The notes: generated from the sequence alone by a model not told the origin. A stretch of 64,000 nt of DNA from Octopus bimaculoides (GCF_001194135.2 NC_068981.1:152632668-152696667); one strand, 5' to 3'. Shown: positions 51,610 to 63,960, counted from the stretch's first letter. A program made the numbers and translations.

Positions 51610-52650
51610 AATCCTGTCTACAATAGGTAGGCGAGGAGTAAGTTGATCACATCGAACCCAGTACTTGACTGGTCCTTAACTTATCAACCCCGAAAGGATG
51701 AAAGGCAAAGTTGACCCCTGCGGAATTTGAACTCAGAACGTAAAGACGGGGCAAAATACCGTTAACGATTCTACCAAATGGTAATAATGATAATGACATG
51801 AAGTACAAAAACTTTTTCACTGTCACTTTTTCATTTCTGTCCTACAGATACTCCATAGATTGTGCATTTGACATAAAAGACCTAAGAATATTCATGTATT
51901 CTCCCTTCGTTGTATTCTTATTTAAAAAGATATATAATGGTCTTAAATTTTGGAACAATGCCAACAATTTCGGGGAAGGGGTTGAGTCAACCCCAGTGCT
52001 CAACTGGCACTTATTTTATTTATCCCGGAAGAATGAAAGGCAAGGTCGACCATGGCGGAATTTGAACTCAGAACATAAAGACAGACGAAATGCTGCTAAG
52101 CATTTTGCCCGGCGTGCTAACGATTCTGTCAGCTCACCACCTTAAAGCGTAGATAAATAATCCTTTCTATTATAGACACAAGGCCTAAAATTTATGGGTC
52201 GATTATTTGGATTCTAGTGCCCGACAGGCACTTATTTCATCGACTCTCAAAGGTTGAAAAACAAAATCGACAACAACGGTATTTGAACACATCTTAAAGA
52301 CAGGCAAAATACCGCTACGCAATTTTTCCGGTGTGCTAACAGCAGAATTTAGCGATGGGCGAAATACCGCGAAGCATTTCGTCCAACGTGCGAACGACTC
52401 TGCCAGCTTGTCGCCTTAACGTCGATAAATAATTGTTTCTACTCTAGGCACAAGGCCATGAAAATCTTGGGGAATGGGGATAGTCAATTACATCGACCCC
52501 AGTGCGTAACTGGTACTTATTTCATCGACCCCCAAAAGGATGAAAGGCAAAGTCGACCTCGGCAGAATTTGAACTCAGAATGTAGCAACAGACGAAATAC
52601 TGCTTAGCATTTCCCCCGGCGTGCTAACGATTCTACAAGCTCGCCGATAA
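51610..52650 (-). mobile_element. Cluster of about 5 tandem, co-oriented tRNA-SINE copies
   Basis: Repeated GAAAGGATGAAAGGCAAAGT.GACC...GAATTTGAACTCAGAA and GCTAACGATTCT motifs. Confidence 0.85.
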
Positions 52651-53204
52651 ATAATAAGAGGTTTGGTATTTTGGAACAGATGTGCATTATACTACTTAAG
52701 ATGTCCTGCAAAATAATAAACATAAAAAATAAAATTACATGCTCTATAATATTTTGTATAATATTTTGACTTTCTTTTCTTTGAAACCTTAATTTGTTTG
52801 AAAGTATATTTTGTGGTTTTGAAGACGGTGAAATAATGTTTGTGGTTAAAAAGTTATCTTAGATTTAGTTGAAATTTAGTATTTTAGCCTTGTTCTTTAT
52901 AAAATTTGATAAAAAAAAACATTGTTGTTTATATTGGTAGTCTACTATTACTTCTTGTAGATGAATAAAAATATAACTTTTAGGATATCATATACAGGTG
53001 TACTGTGGAATATATTTTATGGACTCGGATACTACAACGTGTCAGTATTTCAACAGTAAAAACTGCCACAGAAACATTTTTTCCGTGAACGAAACTAGGT
53101 CGAGAAGAAAGATAAACCGATATGAAATATCTATACGAGAATTTATCTCTTTAAAAATTAAACATTTAGTGTTGTAATAATTGAAATTATTTCCGAGTAT
53201 GCAA

Positions 53205-53671
53205 TAAGTAAGTACTAAATTAGAAAATAATCTATTTGTCTCTTCGGCATAGGTTTGAAATATTTCAAGTGGATAACACTAATTGCAAAACCAGTTATAT
53301 CAATGGAAAATAGCTTCATTCCAGCAACAGGGCAATGGTGATCATTTAATAAAGAAAGAATGATGAATCATACAGATGAAATTGAAATGACTTTTACTAT
53401 ATACGTAAATACCACATACTTAGTAATATATACAAACTAAAGATGTTTTTTGATTCCATTAAAGTAATTAAAATTACTCTGTTTCGCAATTCATTTAATA
53501 TACATTCGTTAAATACTTCTCATATAATTAACTAATTAAATTACCACACCTTGTTAATTATCATACAAAAGTATATAAAGTGGTAAGTTTCAACTGTAAA
53601 ATATTGCTTTCGAGAACAACCGTTCTTGCCTGTTCTTCGCTGGTTTCAAATCTTGTTCGTTAAGGTGAGAC
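53205..53671 (+). promoter_or_regulatory. Reflectin C core promoter, non-coding exon 1 and splice donor
   Basis: ATATTTCAAGTGGATAACACTAATTG (53260-53285), TATATAAA (53572-53579), donor TTAAG|GTGAGAC (intron begins at 53665). Confidence 0.8.
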
Positions 53672-54439
53672 TAATTTATTATTATTCTACAAAGCAATTT
53701 ATCAAAGCGTAGCTAAATTCCTTCATTTAGTAAATGATCGATGTTTTCGATATTTTATCGTTTCAATGTTAATTCATATCTATCTCTTTGCATTTGAATG
53801 TTAAATGATAAAACATATTCTTTTAATCTTTTATTGGGCGGAATTGCAAGAATTCTTTATGAATATATTTTCTTCTTTACATTTTGCAAATGTAACGTCC
53901 AGTACATCCTAATCATGCATGTTTCCTTTCATAAATTAATTTCTCTCTTACATTAGTTTGTTTTCAACTCAATTTCATAATCGCTAGTTTGTAATTAATT
54001 CCTATTCAACAATAATGCATTTTAGTGACTTTTAACACACAAATTAACAGATAATTTTGATATTATCTAAACACGTGATGCTTTCATGGACACTAATTAT
54101 TATAGTGGGGACAATTTCTTCTAGATTAAACTAAGTTGAGCCAAGTTTCAAAGTTTGGAATTTAGAGTAAAAAATAACGAAAGGGTACAGAGCATATACA
54201 TTTAATTTGTTTTCTACATATTATAAATTTCTTAAAGTATCTACTCATTGATAGCTATGTTTAGCATATTTCATCATCCTTTGGAATTGTCAACACATCA
54301 TAACATGAGACAAATAAATTAAGCTAAATTTAACATTTTACGAAGTGATGTATGTCATCGAGAAAAGATAGGTCATAGTTCAAAAGGGATTCTTGAATTT
54401 TTTTCTTCATTCTATATCGTGAATTGTTCAGCAATAGAG

Positions 54440-54502
54440 AAGAGAAGGGAAGAGAGAGAAAGAGAGAGAAATAGAGAGAGAGAGAGAGAGAGACAGAGAC
54501 AG

Positions 54503-54575
<73 letters not shown>

Positions 54576-54610
54576 CGAGAGAGAGAGAGAGAGAGCCAGA
54601 GACAGAGAGC

Positions 54611-54662
<52 letters not shown>

Positions 54663-54675
54663 GAGAGAGAGAGAT
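54440..54675 (+). repeat. (GA)n microsatellite
   Basis: Directly visible; similar tracts at about 15780-15890 and 49485-49560. Confidence 0.95.
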
Positions 54676-55002
54676 TTCTTACATGTAGGATAACATTTCC
54701 ATAGTACTTAAAAAATGGAAAACTTAAATTATTCAGCATATTTTATACTACTTCATTAATATACGACCACAAAAATATTATTTACTTTCCTGTTTGCTTC
54801 CCAACTACATGTTTCCGAGTTCAATCACAATGCTTCGCACTTTGGACAAGTGTCTGCTATTGTAGCCTCAGGCCGACAAAAGTCTTGTGAGTGGATTTGG
54901 TAGATAAAAACTGAAAGACACTTGTCGTATACATACATACATACATACATACATTAAATAAAAAGACAACAAGCTGAAAATATGACATACCTCTTTTACT
55001 CT

Positions 55003-55410
55003 TTTACTCTTTTACTCTTTTACTTGTTCCAGTCTTTTGACTGTGGCCATGCTGGAGCACCGCCTTTAGTCGAGCAAATCGACCCCAGGACTTATTCTTT
55101 AGAAGCCTAGTACTTATTCTATCGGTCTCTTTTGCCGAACCGCTAAGTTACGGGGACATAAACACACCAGCATCGGTTGTCAAGCGATGTTGGGGGGACA
55201 AACACAGACACACAAACACATACACACATACATATGTATATACATATATACGACGGGCTTATTTCAGTTTCTGTCTACCAAATCCACTCACAAGGCTTTG
55301 GTCGGCCCGAGGCTATAGTAGAAGACACTTGCCCAAGATGCCACGCAGTGGGACTGAACCCGGGACCATGTGGTTGGTAAGCAAGCTACTTACCACACAG
55401 CCACTCCTAC
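55003..55410 (-). mobile_element. Full-length tRNA-derived SINE with (GAGTAAAA)n tail
   Basis: Head GGCTGTGTGGTAAGTAGCTTGCTT..CAACCACATGGTCCCGGGTTCAGTCCC; tail seen as (CTCTTTTA)n on the plus strand. Confidence 0.9.
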
Positions 55411-55463
55411 GCCTACCTGTATATATATAATTCATAAAAACGTGTAGTAAATGAACATATGAA

Positions 55464-56384
55464 GGATCTTTCTGATTTGGCGGACGCCACTTGTTTTCTT
55501 AACGAAACACTTTCAAACTTGGGATACTGGTAGAATGTGTCATATAAAACATCTTTTACTCTTAGTGTTGTTGAGAAAAGTTTATATTTTAAATTTTATT
55601 TCGTGTTAAAATTGTCGTATTTCGGTAATTTCAACCAATCACTGACGTCTATTGAGGTGAAAACAATTACTGTCAACAAGACGTTGTGGCGGTGTAATGG
55701 GATCTTTTTCCTTGAATAAAATTAGTGCCGTTGTTTGTCAACAACAATTATCGGCGGTACTGTTATTTATGACACCGTTCGTGCGTTTGTACTGGTTTTA
55801 GCTTTAGGGTTTTAGGGTTAGCGTTCGGGCTTTAGAGTTAGGGTTAGGGTTAGGGTTAGGGTTAGGGTTAGGGTTAGGGTTTTTGGGTTAGGGTTAGGGT
55901 TATGAGTATTTTTGCCAAATTTGGTGAAAAATTTGTGGCGGTGTATTGAACAGATTTGCACCAAATTTGGCAAAAATACTCATAACCCTAACTCTAACCC
56001 TAACCCTAACTCTAAAACCCGAACACTAACCCTAAAACCCAAAAGCTAAAACCAGTACAAACGCACGAACGATGTCATAAATAACAGTACCGCCGATAGT
56101 CGTTGTTGACAAACAACGGCACTAATTCTATTCAAGGGAAAAGATCCCATTACACCGCCACAACGTCTTGTTGACAATCCACAGCAGTAATTGTTTTCAC
56201 CTCAATAGACGTCAGTGATTGGTTGAAATTACCGAAATACAACAACTTTTAATATGAAATAACTTCGAATATAAAATTTGTTCTCTGTTCTATAAGACAA
56301 AATATACAAGTATACGAAGTTTTAAAGTGTTTCGGTAGAAAACACACTAAATAAAAAATGGTGTCCGCCAAATCAGAAAGATCC
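55464..56384. mobile_element. 921-bp foldback DNA transposon with internal (TTAGGG)n/(CCCTAA)n arrays and 8-bp TSD
   Basis: 22-bp perfect TIR GGATCTTTCTGATTTGGCGGAC; TSD CATATGAA at 55456-55463 and 56385-56392; arms complementary over most of their length around a loop near 55926-55955. Confidence 0.93.
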
Positions 56385-57594
56385 CATATGAATATATACT
56401 AAATACACAGAAGGTCACTAATTCCTCTTCAGTTATCGGCCAGAGGGTCAAAGCGCAATTTCTGCCATTATCGATAATATTGCTTCCACTCTGGAAGCAG
56501 CGGCAAGAAACTTGCCGGGAATTGGACAAAAGCATAACAAGACGAGACGGGTTCGAGACGAGACTGATAGTAAACGGACGAGGGACAAAACAATAAACAG
56601 AATAGGGCCAAACGAAAGTGTGTGTGTGTGTGTGTGTCTGTGTTTGTCACCCACCACCGCTTGACAAACGGCGTCAGTGTATTTAAGTTCTTCTAAGCTA
56701 TCGGTTCGGGAAAAAAGACCGAGAAAATATTATCAGGTTTTAAAATAAGTACTTTGGTCGATTCGTTCGACTTAAAATTCGTGAAGGTGGTATCCCAGCA
56801 TGCCTGCAGTCTAGTGACTGAAACAAGTAACAGAGGAAAAAAGATAGAAAATGGTGAAGAATTTTGTGCAGATTATTTGTTTTTTGTATTGAGTTTGAAT
56901 CTAATGGAACTGATTTGCTTATCACTCGTATTTTACGCTGGAAACTAAATGTATGAAAGTAGCAAGCAATAGATAGTAAATATTCTTTTCTACTCTTGGC
57001 ACAAGGCTCAAAATTTATGGGGAGAGGGTCAGTCCATTAGATCGACCCTAATACGCAACTGGTACTTAATTTATCGACACCGAAAGGATGAAAGGCAAAG
57101 TCGACCTCGGCGGAATTTGAACTCAGAACGTAACGACAGACGAAATACTGCTAAGCATTTCGCCTGGCGTGCTAACGTTTCTAATTTCTTTACTGCCCAC
57201 AAGGGGCTACACTCAGAGGGGACAAACAAGGACAGACAAACGGATTAAGTCGATTATATCGACCCAGTGCGTAACTGGTACTTAATTTATCGGCCCCGAA
57301 AGGATGAAAGGCAAAGTCGACCTCGGCAGAATTTGAACTCAGAACGTAAAGGCAGACGAAATACCGCTAAGCATTTCGCCCGGCGTGCTAACGTTTCTGC
57401 CAGCTCGCCGCCTTATAGTTAGTGAATATTAAATACTATAAACTGGCATATCGACCAACCTAATAGTTCTAGCAACGTTTTTATAGCTTTTGTTGCTCAT
57501 AGAAAGAAACAGCTATAGCCTTAAATATCTTCTATGTGTCAGTTAAAAAAACTTGTTAAAACAAAAGATTTCAGACAAATGTAAACAAACACAG

Positions 57595-57915
57595 GCGCAG
57601 GGGTGGCTGTGTAGTAAGAAGCTTGCTTCACAACCACATGGTTCCGGGTTCAGTCCCACTGCGAAGCACGTTGGGCAAGTGTCTTCTACTATAGCCTCGG
57701 GCTATATATATATAAAAGTATATATATATAAAAGTATTTGTGTGTCTGTGTTTCTCCCTCACCATCGCTTGACAACCGATGTTGGTGTGTTTACGTCCCC
57801 GTAACAGTGGTTCAGCAAAAGAGCCCGATAGAATAAGTCCTGGGTTCGACTAATTCAACTAAAAGGCAGTGTCCCACATGGCCGCTGTCAAATGGCTGAA
57901 ACAAGTAAAAAAGTA
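57595..57915 (+). mobile_element. tRNA-derived SINE (same family as 55003-55410)
   Basis: GGCTGTGTAGTAAGAAGCTTGCTTC.CAACCACATGGTTCCGGGTTCAGTCCC...GAAACAAGTAAAA. Confidence 0.85.
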
Positions 57916-57959
57916 AAATGGTAAAACAGCTGCTGTTATCTCAATTGCAGATAGAAAAA

Positions 57960-58345
57960 GGGGAGTGACTCGTTTAGTATCACCAGGTGTTGAACTTGCA
58001 ACCTTACGATCGTAAGATCGTGAGTTCGATACCTGGCGGTGCGTTGTGTCCTTGATCAGGACACTCTATTTCACGTTACCCTAGTCCACCCAGTTGGCAA
58101 AAATGTGTAGTATTTCAAAGGGCCAGCTGTATTTCTAAGGAACCACTTGTATTTCAAAGCCAGCTGTATTTCAAAGGTCCAGCTTTGCCATATTCTGTGT
58201 CACGCTGAGTTTCTCCGAGAACAATGTTAGAGATACGCGTGTCCATGGTGTGCTCAGTGACTTGCACGTTAATTTTCCGAGTAGGCTGTTGCCTTCGGAC
58301 CAGCTGCAGCCTGTGCCGTTGTAACCGACGGAGTGCCAGTTAAAA
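57960..58345 (+). mobile_element. Third SINE family (tRNA-like head plus GTTGTGTCCTTGA.CAGGACACT core)
   Basis: B-box-like GAGTTCGATACC; a related minus-strand copy lies at about 63490-63730. Confidence 0.6.
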
Positions 58346-58884
58346 ATATGTATATGTCAGGTTACTTTTAATACGACTGGAAACGTAACTCACTACAACC
58401 TGTGTCATGGTCTGGTCGTCGCCGACTACTTGGATATCTTGCAGAACGAAAAACAAAATTACACAAAGAACAGATGAACTCAAGAGTCAACGGCCATCCA
58501 ACAGTATGAAGATTGAAATACCTTAGTCTTTGCTTAGACCTCTTTCTAGGAGAAGTAAATTCCTAAAATAACAAGCGTCTTATTGCGAGGCCGGTGATCT
58601 TGTTCATGCTTGTTTCTGGCTTTTGTAGAATCTTAGCTCTGTTATTTATTCACTTTTGATTTCAGCGCGAGTACTTGCTGACAGCCATTGTCCTAAGTAT
58701 CTAGGATAAGATAATTTCTCAGTGATGGTCATACTCGTCTGCGAAGGGACAGCCATCATGTTTGCAATTTTGTGCATGTATGTTCCCTTTCTCTTTTTTA
58801 ATTTTGAGTTAATTCTGACCGGCCACTTGCTTGGTCGCAAAGTTGTGAAGGAAAGCGTCTTGTTTTGTTCATTATCTTTAAATT

Positions 58885-59215
58885 TTAAGAAGGTTTTATA
58901 AAAATGTCATAGTCCCAGATGTTGTGATCATTTGTAGGGTATGAAGAAGTTGTGTTCTCTCCCCGAGAACTAAGTTGAGCCAAACTTTGCTCTAGATGGA
59001 TTGGTACATAAATTATTGCTCCAATAATAATAAATATAAAGCTGAAAGTATACCTTGGGTATTGGATTTGCAAATCCCTTATCAATGATTCATAGACGTC
59101 CTCTTTCTCTTGTATTTTACTAACCGCACTGGTATCCATGGGCAGCTAATTTCCAGAGCATGTTATTTCATCGTGGTCCCATACAACGATATATGTTCGG
59201 TTGTGTTTTTATTTG
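58885..59215 (-). mobile_element. R4/Dong-type non-LTR retrotransposon remnant (restriction-enzyme-like endonuclease domain)
   Basis: KHNR.YIVVWD...C..N.(C)PMD followed by KIQEKEDVYESLIRDLQIQYP.Y.F.FI.IIIGA..YVP..L. Confidence 0.7.
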
Positions 59216-59938
59216 GTGACTGTTTTAATTTTTAAGTTTCACCAATATTCTTTTAACCTATCGGTCACATTATAACCAACTTCATCTGTTGGTGTTTTCT
59301 TTTTTGTATGTGTGTGTATATGTGTGTATACATACATACATGTATGTATGTATGTATGTATGTATGTATGTANNNNNNNNNNNNNNNNNNNNNNNNNNNN
59401 NNNNNNNNNNNNNNNNNNNNNNNNNNNNNNNNNNNNNNNNNNNNNNNNNNNNNNNNNNNNNNNNNNNNNNNNGAGAGATATATATGCATACGCATACATA
59501 TGCATGAATATATATGTGTATATATTTTTCATAATATTAGAGTTGACTAGTTTATTTAACCAGTGGAGAAAGTTTCATTTCTAAAGTTTAATTAGCAGTG
59601 ATACCTTATTAAAAAGTCAGCATGATCAGGTAGTAATTTGCATTGGATGTAAAAATGACAAGAAATGAAGTTTTAATATTTAAATTTCTTGTTGGTAGAA
59701 CTCTTATAACAATCTAATGTTCAGAAAGCAAATATAATGGTAGATGGTAGCATTTGTATACGTAAGGAAATATTACAAAGTGAGGGGAAATAGTTAGGTA
59801 TTTGAACATAAGTATTATATACGTATTTAGACCCACAGAAAACCGTCAGAAAATAAATATTCTTTTGTACTTTTCACTAATTCCTGCATTTATCCTTCAA
59901 TTTCAGACACAAAGTTTGGTAACCAATTCTCTTCCGAA

Positions 59939-61136
59939 ATGTTCGGGCACAGGTACAACGGTAGAATGGAACCAATGCACATGATGTCAATGGACTTCCA
60001 TGGCAGATACATGGATTCTTATGGAAGAATGGTTGATCCCAGATCCTATGGCTTCTATGGCAGATATCATGACCAAGATAGGTACTATGGTAGATCTATG
60101 TACAACAATCACAATTCCCATGATTTCGATAGGTTCCATAGATTTGATTATTTCATGAATTTCCCAGATATGTTTATGGATATGTCCGGTTATCAGATGG
60201 ACATGTATGGAAGGTGGATGGACATGCACGGACACTACTCTAGCCCCTACTCCTANNNNNNNNNNNNNNNNNNNNNNNNNNNNNNNNNNNNNNNNNNNNN
60301 NNNNNNNNNNNNNNNNNNNNNNNNNNNNNNNNNNNNNNNNNNNNNNNNNNNNNNNNNNNNNNNNNNNNNNNNNNNNNNNNNNNNNNNNNNNNNNNNNNNN
60401 NNNNNNNNNNNNNNNNNNNNNNNNNNNNNNNNNNNNNNNNNNNNNNNNNNNNNNNNNNNNNNNNNNNNNNNNNNNNNNNNNNNNNNNNNNNNNNNNNNNN
60501 NNNNNNNNNNNNNNNNNNNNNNNNNNNNNNNNNNNNNNNNNNNNNNNNNNNNNNNNNNNNNNNNNNNNNNNNNNNNNNNNNNNNNNNNNNNNNNNNNNNN
60601 NNNNNNNNNNNNNNNNNNNNNNNNNNNNNNNNNNNNNNNNNNNNNNNNNNNNNNNNNNNNNNNNNNNNNNNNNNNNNNNNNNNNNNNNNNNNNNNNNNNN
60701 NNNNNNNNNNNNNNNNNNNNNNNNNNNNNNNNNNNNNNNNNNNNNNNNNNNNNNNNNNNNNNNNNNNNNNNNNNNNNNNNNNNNNNNNNNNNNNNNNNNN
60801 NNNNNNNNNNNNNNNNNNNNNNNNNNNNNNNNNNNNNNNNNNNNNNNNNNCAGTTACAGTCAGGGACGTAGGTACCACAACTATTACGACATGTTCTATG
60901 ATATGTCCCATTACCAAATGGATTTCGATGGTAACTGGATGGACATGTACAATCATTACTCCCATCCTTTCTTTGGTTATGACCATTACCACAGAGGGAG
61001 CCATTACTATAACCATTATCCCTACCATAACTACAGCTGGGGACATAGGTTCTACGACTACCCAGAAAGATTCTTTGATATGTCTCACTATGAGATGGAC
61101 TTCAATGGGCGCTGGATGAACATGCACAGATTTTAA
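59939..61136 (+). CDS. reflectin: Reflectin locus C (middle lost in the N gap 60256-60850)
   Basis: 5' part MFGHRYNGRMEPMHMMSMDFHGRYMDSYGRMVDP...FMDMSGYQMDMYGRWMDMHG; 3' part ...YPERFFDMSHYEMDFNGRWMNMHRF*. Acceptor TTCAATTTCAG ends at 59906; AATAAA at 61251. Confidence 0.95.
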
Positions 61137-61250
61137 TTTTGAAATCACACAAACGACAAGACTTTTCGGAAATTCTACTGGCTAATGTTAACTGGAAACT
61201 TGACAATTTTTTTAGCGTCCTCAATATTCGGACACATTGAAATTGATATC

Positions 61251-61256
61251 AATAAA
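61251..61256 (+). terminator. Polyadenylation signal of reflectin C
   Basis: AATAAA about 115 nt after the stop, in the same context as A. Confidence 0.7.
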
Positions 61257-62010
61257 ACTTTGTTGCAACATATGAATATCTTGTGTTATGTTTTAATATT
61301 TTCTTTACAATTTTGTTTAATTCGTAAAATAAAAAATAATCAATGTAAGACTGACTGTTTTCATAAACTTATTAGAATTATATTTATTAAGGTAATTCAA
61401 GAGTTCCTTCCTATTCAATTTGTTACCACTATATTTAAGTAAAGAAACTATAGTTTTATACGATATATAAATTGTATTGTTATTAGTTTGCGACTGTAGG
61501 TGACAGATTTAGATTAATTTGAAGTGTTTAATTGCTGCTTGAACTCCTTTACCTTTAGAAATTGAAGGCATACGTTGTGACTTTTTAAACTTTATAGAAC
61601 CTTTTGCTGATTATTGAAAGGTATGAACATTTTTGTTACCAATGTGTTTTAACAAATAAAATGCAGCAATTTTAGAGTCATTAAAAAAATACAACAGAGT
61701 TAAAACAATGATAATACAATGAAATGAAAAAGCAATTCTAGGAAGTAAGAATGATGGTGAGATAAAATCACAGTAAAAAATATTTGAATAAGAGTTATTG
61801 AATTTGAAAGGGCGCTCATAGTCACATCGTCGCTCTTTACTGTAGTTGTATATAAAATAGAAACGAACTGATAAATTTGGTTTATATTTGGGATAAAACT
61901 TACCAAATGTATCAAATACACTAAAATTAATTTATTTATCATCGAGCTTTTGATCATCTTCCGGATATTGACTGAAGTGATTTATATNNNNNNNNNNNNN
62001 NNNNNNNNNN

Positions 62011-62083
<73 letters not shown>

Positions 62084-63448
62084 TGTGTGTATACAAAATG
62101 GTATCATTCATAGGCCACACTTAAAATAAGTCTGTTGGTTGTGGTCGGGGCTGAACTTTGTTTATGGGAGTGAAAATATATATCATATTACTTCAAATAA
62201 TCATATTAGATAAAAGGTAAACAATAAGTTTAATTGTGTATTTAGACATATTTAGTCACACGTATTGTGTATTTGCTTTGTAATGGGGGAAAGCCAATAT
62301 TTCAGTGACCATTTCAGTTGATACAGCAGCCATCTTGATAGTCCAAAAGCTGTTGTCTTGTCTATGGGCAATTAATATAATCGGACGATTAGCAAAGGCT
62401 TTTCATATTACAATCAAAAGATTTTCTGATAATTGAAGCTTAATTATATTTTTACTGAAATCTGCAAAGGTAAGGAAGTAAAGATTTTAGCGATATATGT
62501 AGTGAATCTTGTTTTATGCTGGTCGCTAAAGTGAAAAATAGACAATCTGTTAAATTAAGATGTGTCTGATACACAAAGTACAAATGTACAGCGGTGGCTA
62601 TGATTAAAGATAATGAGCTTACAGACTTATAAGATCATTGCAATCTGTATGAAATACCGAATGGAATGTATATTTCACTTGTATTCATTGTGAGCAACCC
62701 GGATGTCAAAAATGCTGCAGAAGGTACAAAACTATCTATTTCAACTGAATGGTAATGCTGGCGAAGCAAGCCATGCAATTCAAAAGATATTACAATGTTT
62801 ATGAAATAATTCATAGCAAACAATAAGTAGAAAGCTGCGTTTTTCTACAAGAAACAATCCGCAGAAGTGTAAAGCAAGAAAGGATTTGTATGGGGGTGGA
62901 TATGTGTGTGAATCCATATAAGTGAAACCGCATAAATTGTAAGTGTGTCCGTACAAATGAGACTGTATGAACTATGTTCATATCCATAAGTGTATATTCC
63001 TGTGTAATGTCACCATTATGAAAATGAGCTGGAAACTAATGAAAGTAGGTTATCTGCTCAGATACCACAAAGAAATAAAGGGACATTAATCCCTCATTGG
63101 TTAATAAAACCCTTATCACCTTCCAATTAAATTGCTGGCAATGGTCTCTGTTCGTAATTGGAAAGGAAGCCTTCTTTGAGGATACTCCATGGCTGCGTGT
63201 CTTCTCAAAATCTCCTCTAAACCCGATTTTATTAACTAGATATATCTCAAAAGAGATGTATTCTAATGACAACCTAAATCGATCGACGAGATTCTCTGTA
63301 CTGAAGTAATCTACCCATTCCTACTATTTAGATTTTCGGTAAAATGATGGAAAATAATTTTTGAATGGTGTTCTCTGAACTTTTAAACTCGTCAACAGCG
63401 TCAAAGCGCATATTGTTAAAGAAAAACTATAACATTTCATCATCGTAA

Positions 63449-63481
<33 letters not shown>

Positions 63482-63960
63482 TCAAAGTTCCTTTACACGC
63501 CTTCGGTTCATTAGGCGGAATTCCCGGATTCTGTGACGTATATATATGACTCCTGGACAGGCCGCTAATCTGTCGCAGGATTACTCATTTTTGCCAGCTA
63601 AGTAGACTGGAGCAATGTGAAATGGTGTGTTTATATCACAACAGCCGAACGAGAATATCGCCCGCTCTAGGAATCGAAACCACAATCTTATAATCAACAC
63701 CCTAACCACTGAACCATCCGCCTTCAGTTCATCGTCATTCCAAGATACTCCAATCATACACCTTTTTAATTCAAAATAATTCCTTCAGGCGGCGATCTGG
63801 CAGAATCGTTACTGCACTTCTTTGCTCATCTACAAACGTACTTATTCATGCATACATACATTTACCCATATATAGACACACACACACACACACACACACG
63901 CACGCACGCACACACACACACACACACACACACAATACACACACACACGCACTCTCACAC

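Larger units (their letters stand above)
53665..59906 (+). other. Predicted 5'-UTR intron of reflectin C (about 6.2 kb, filled with SINE, MITE and LINE insertions)
   Basis: GT donor at 53665; acceptor TTCAATTTCAG ending at 59906. Confidence 0.7.

Noticed and set aside
55803-56040. True telomere or chromosome-fusion site
   Set aside because: The arrays are short and lie inside a TIR- and TSD-bounded element.
60173-60196. FMDMSGYQ as evidence of horizontal transfer from a bacterial transposon (proposed YMDMSGYQ protopeptide)
   Set aside because: It is simply the standard reflectin motif; nothing in this window looks bacterial or tests that hypothesis.
63036-63309. Overlapping 70-78-aa ORFs near the window end
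   Set aside because: No recognisable domain, splice context or paralog; cannot be supported from sequence alone.
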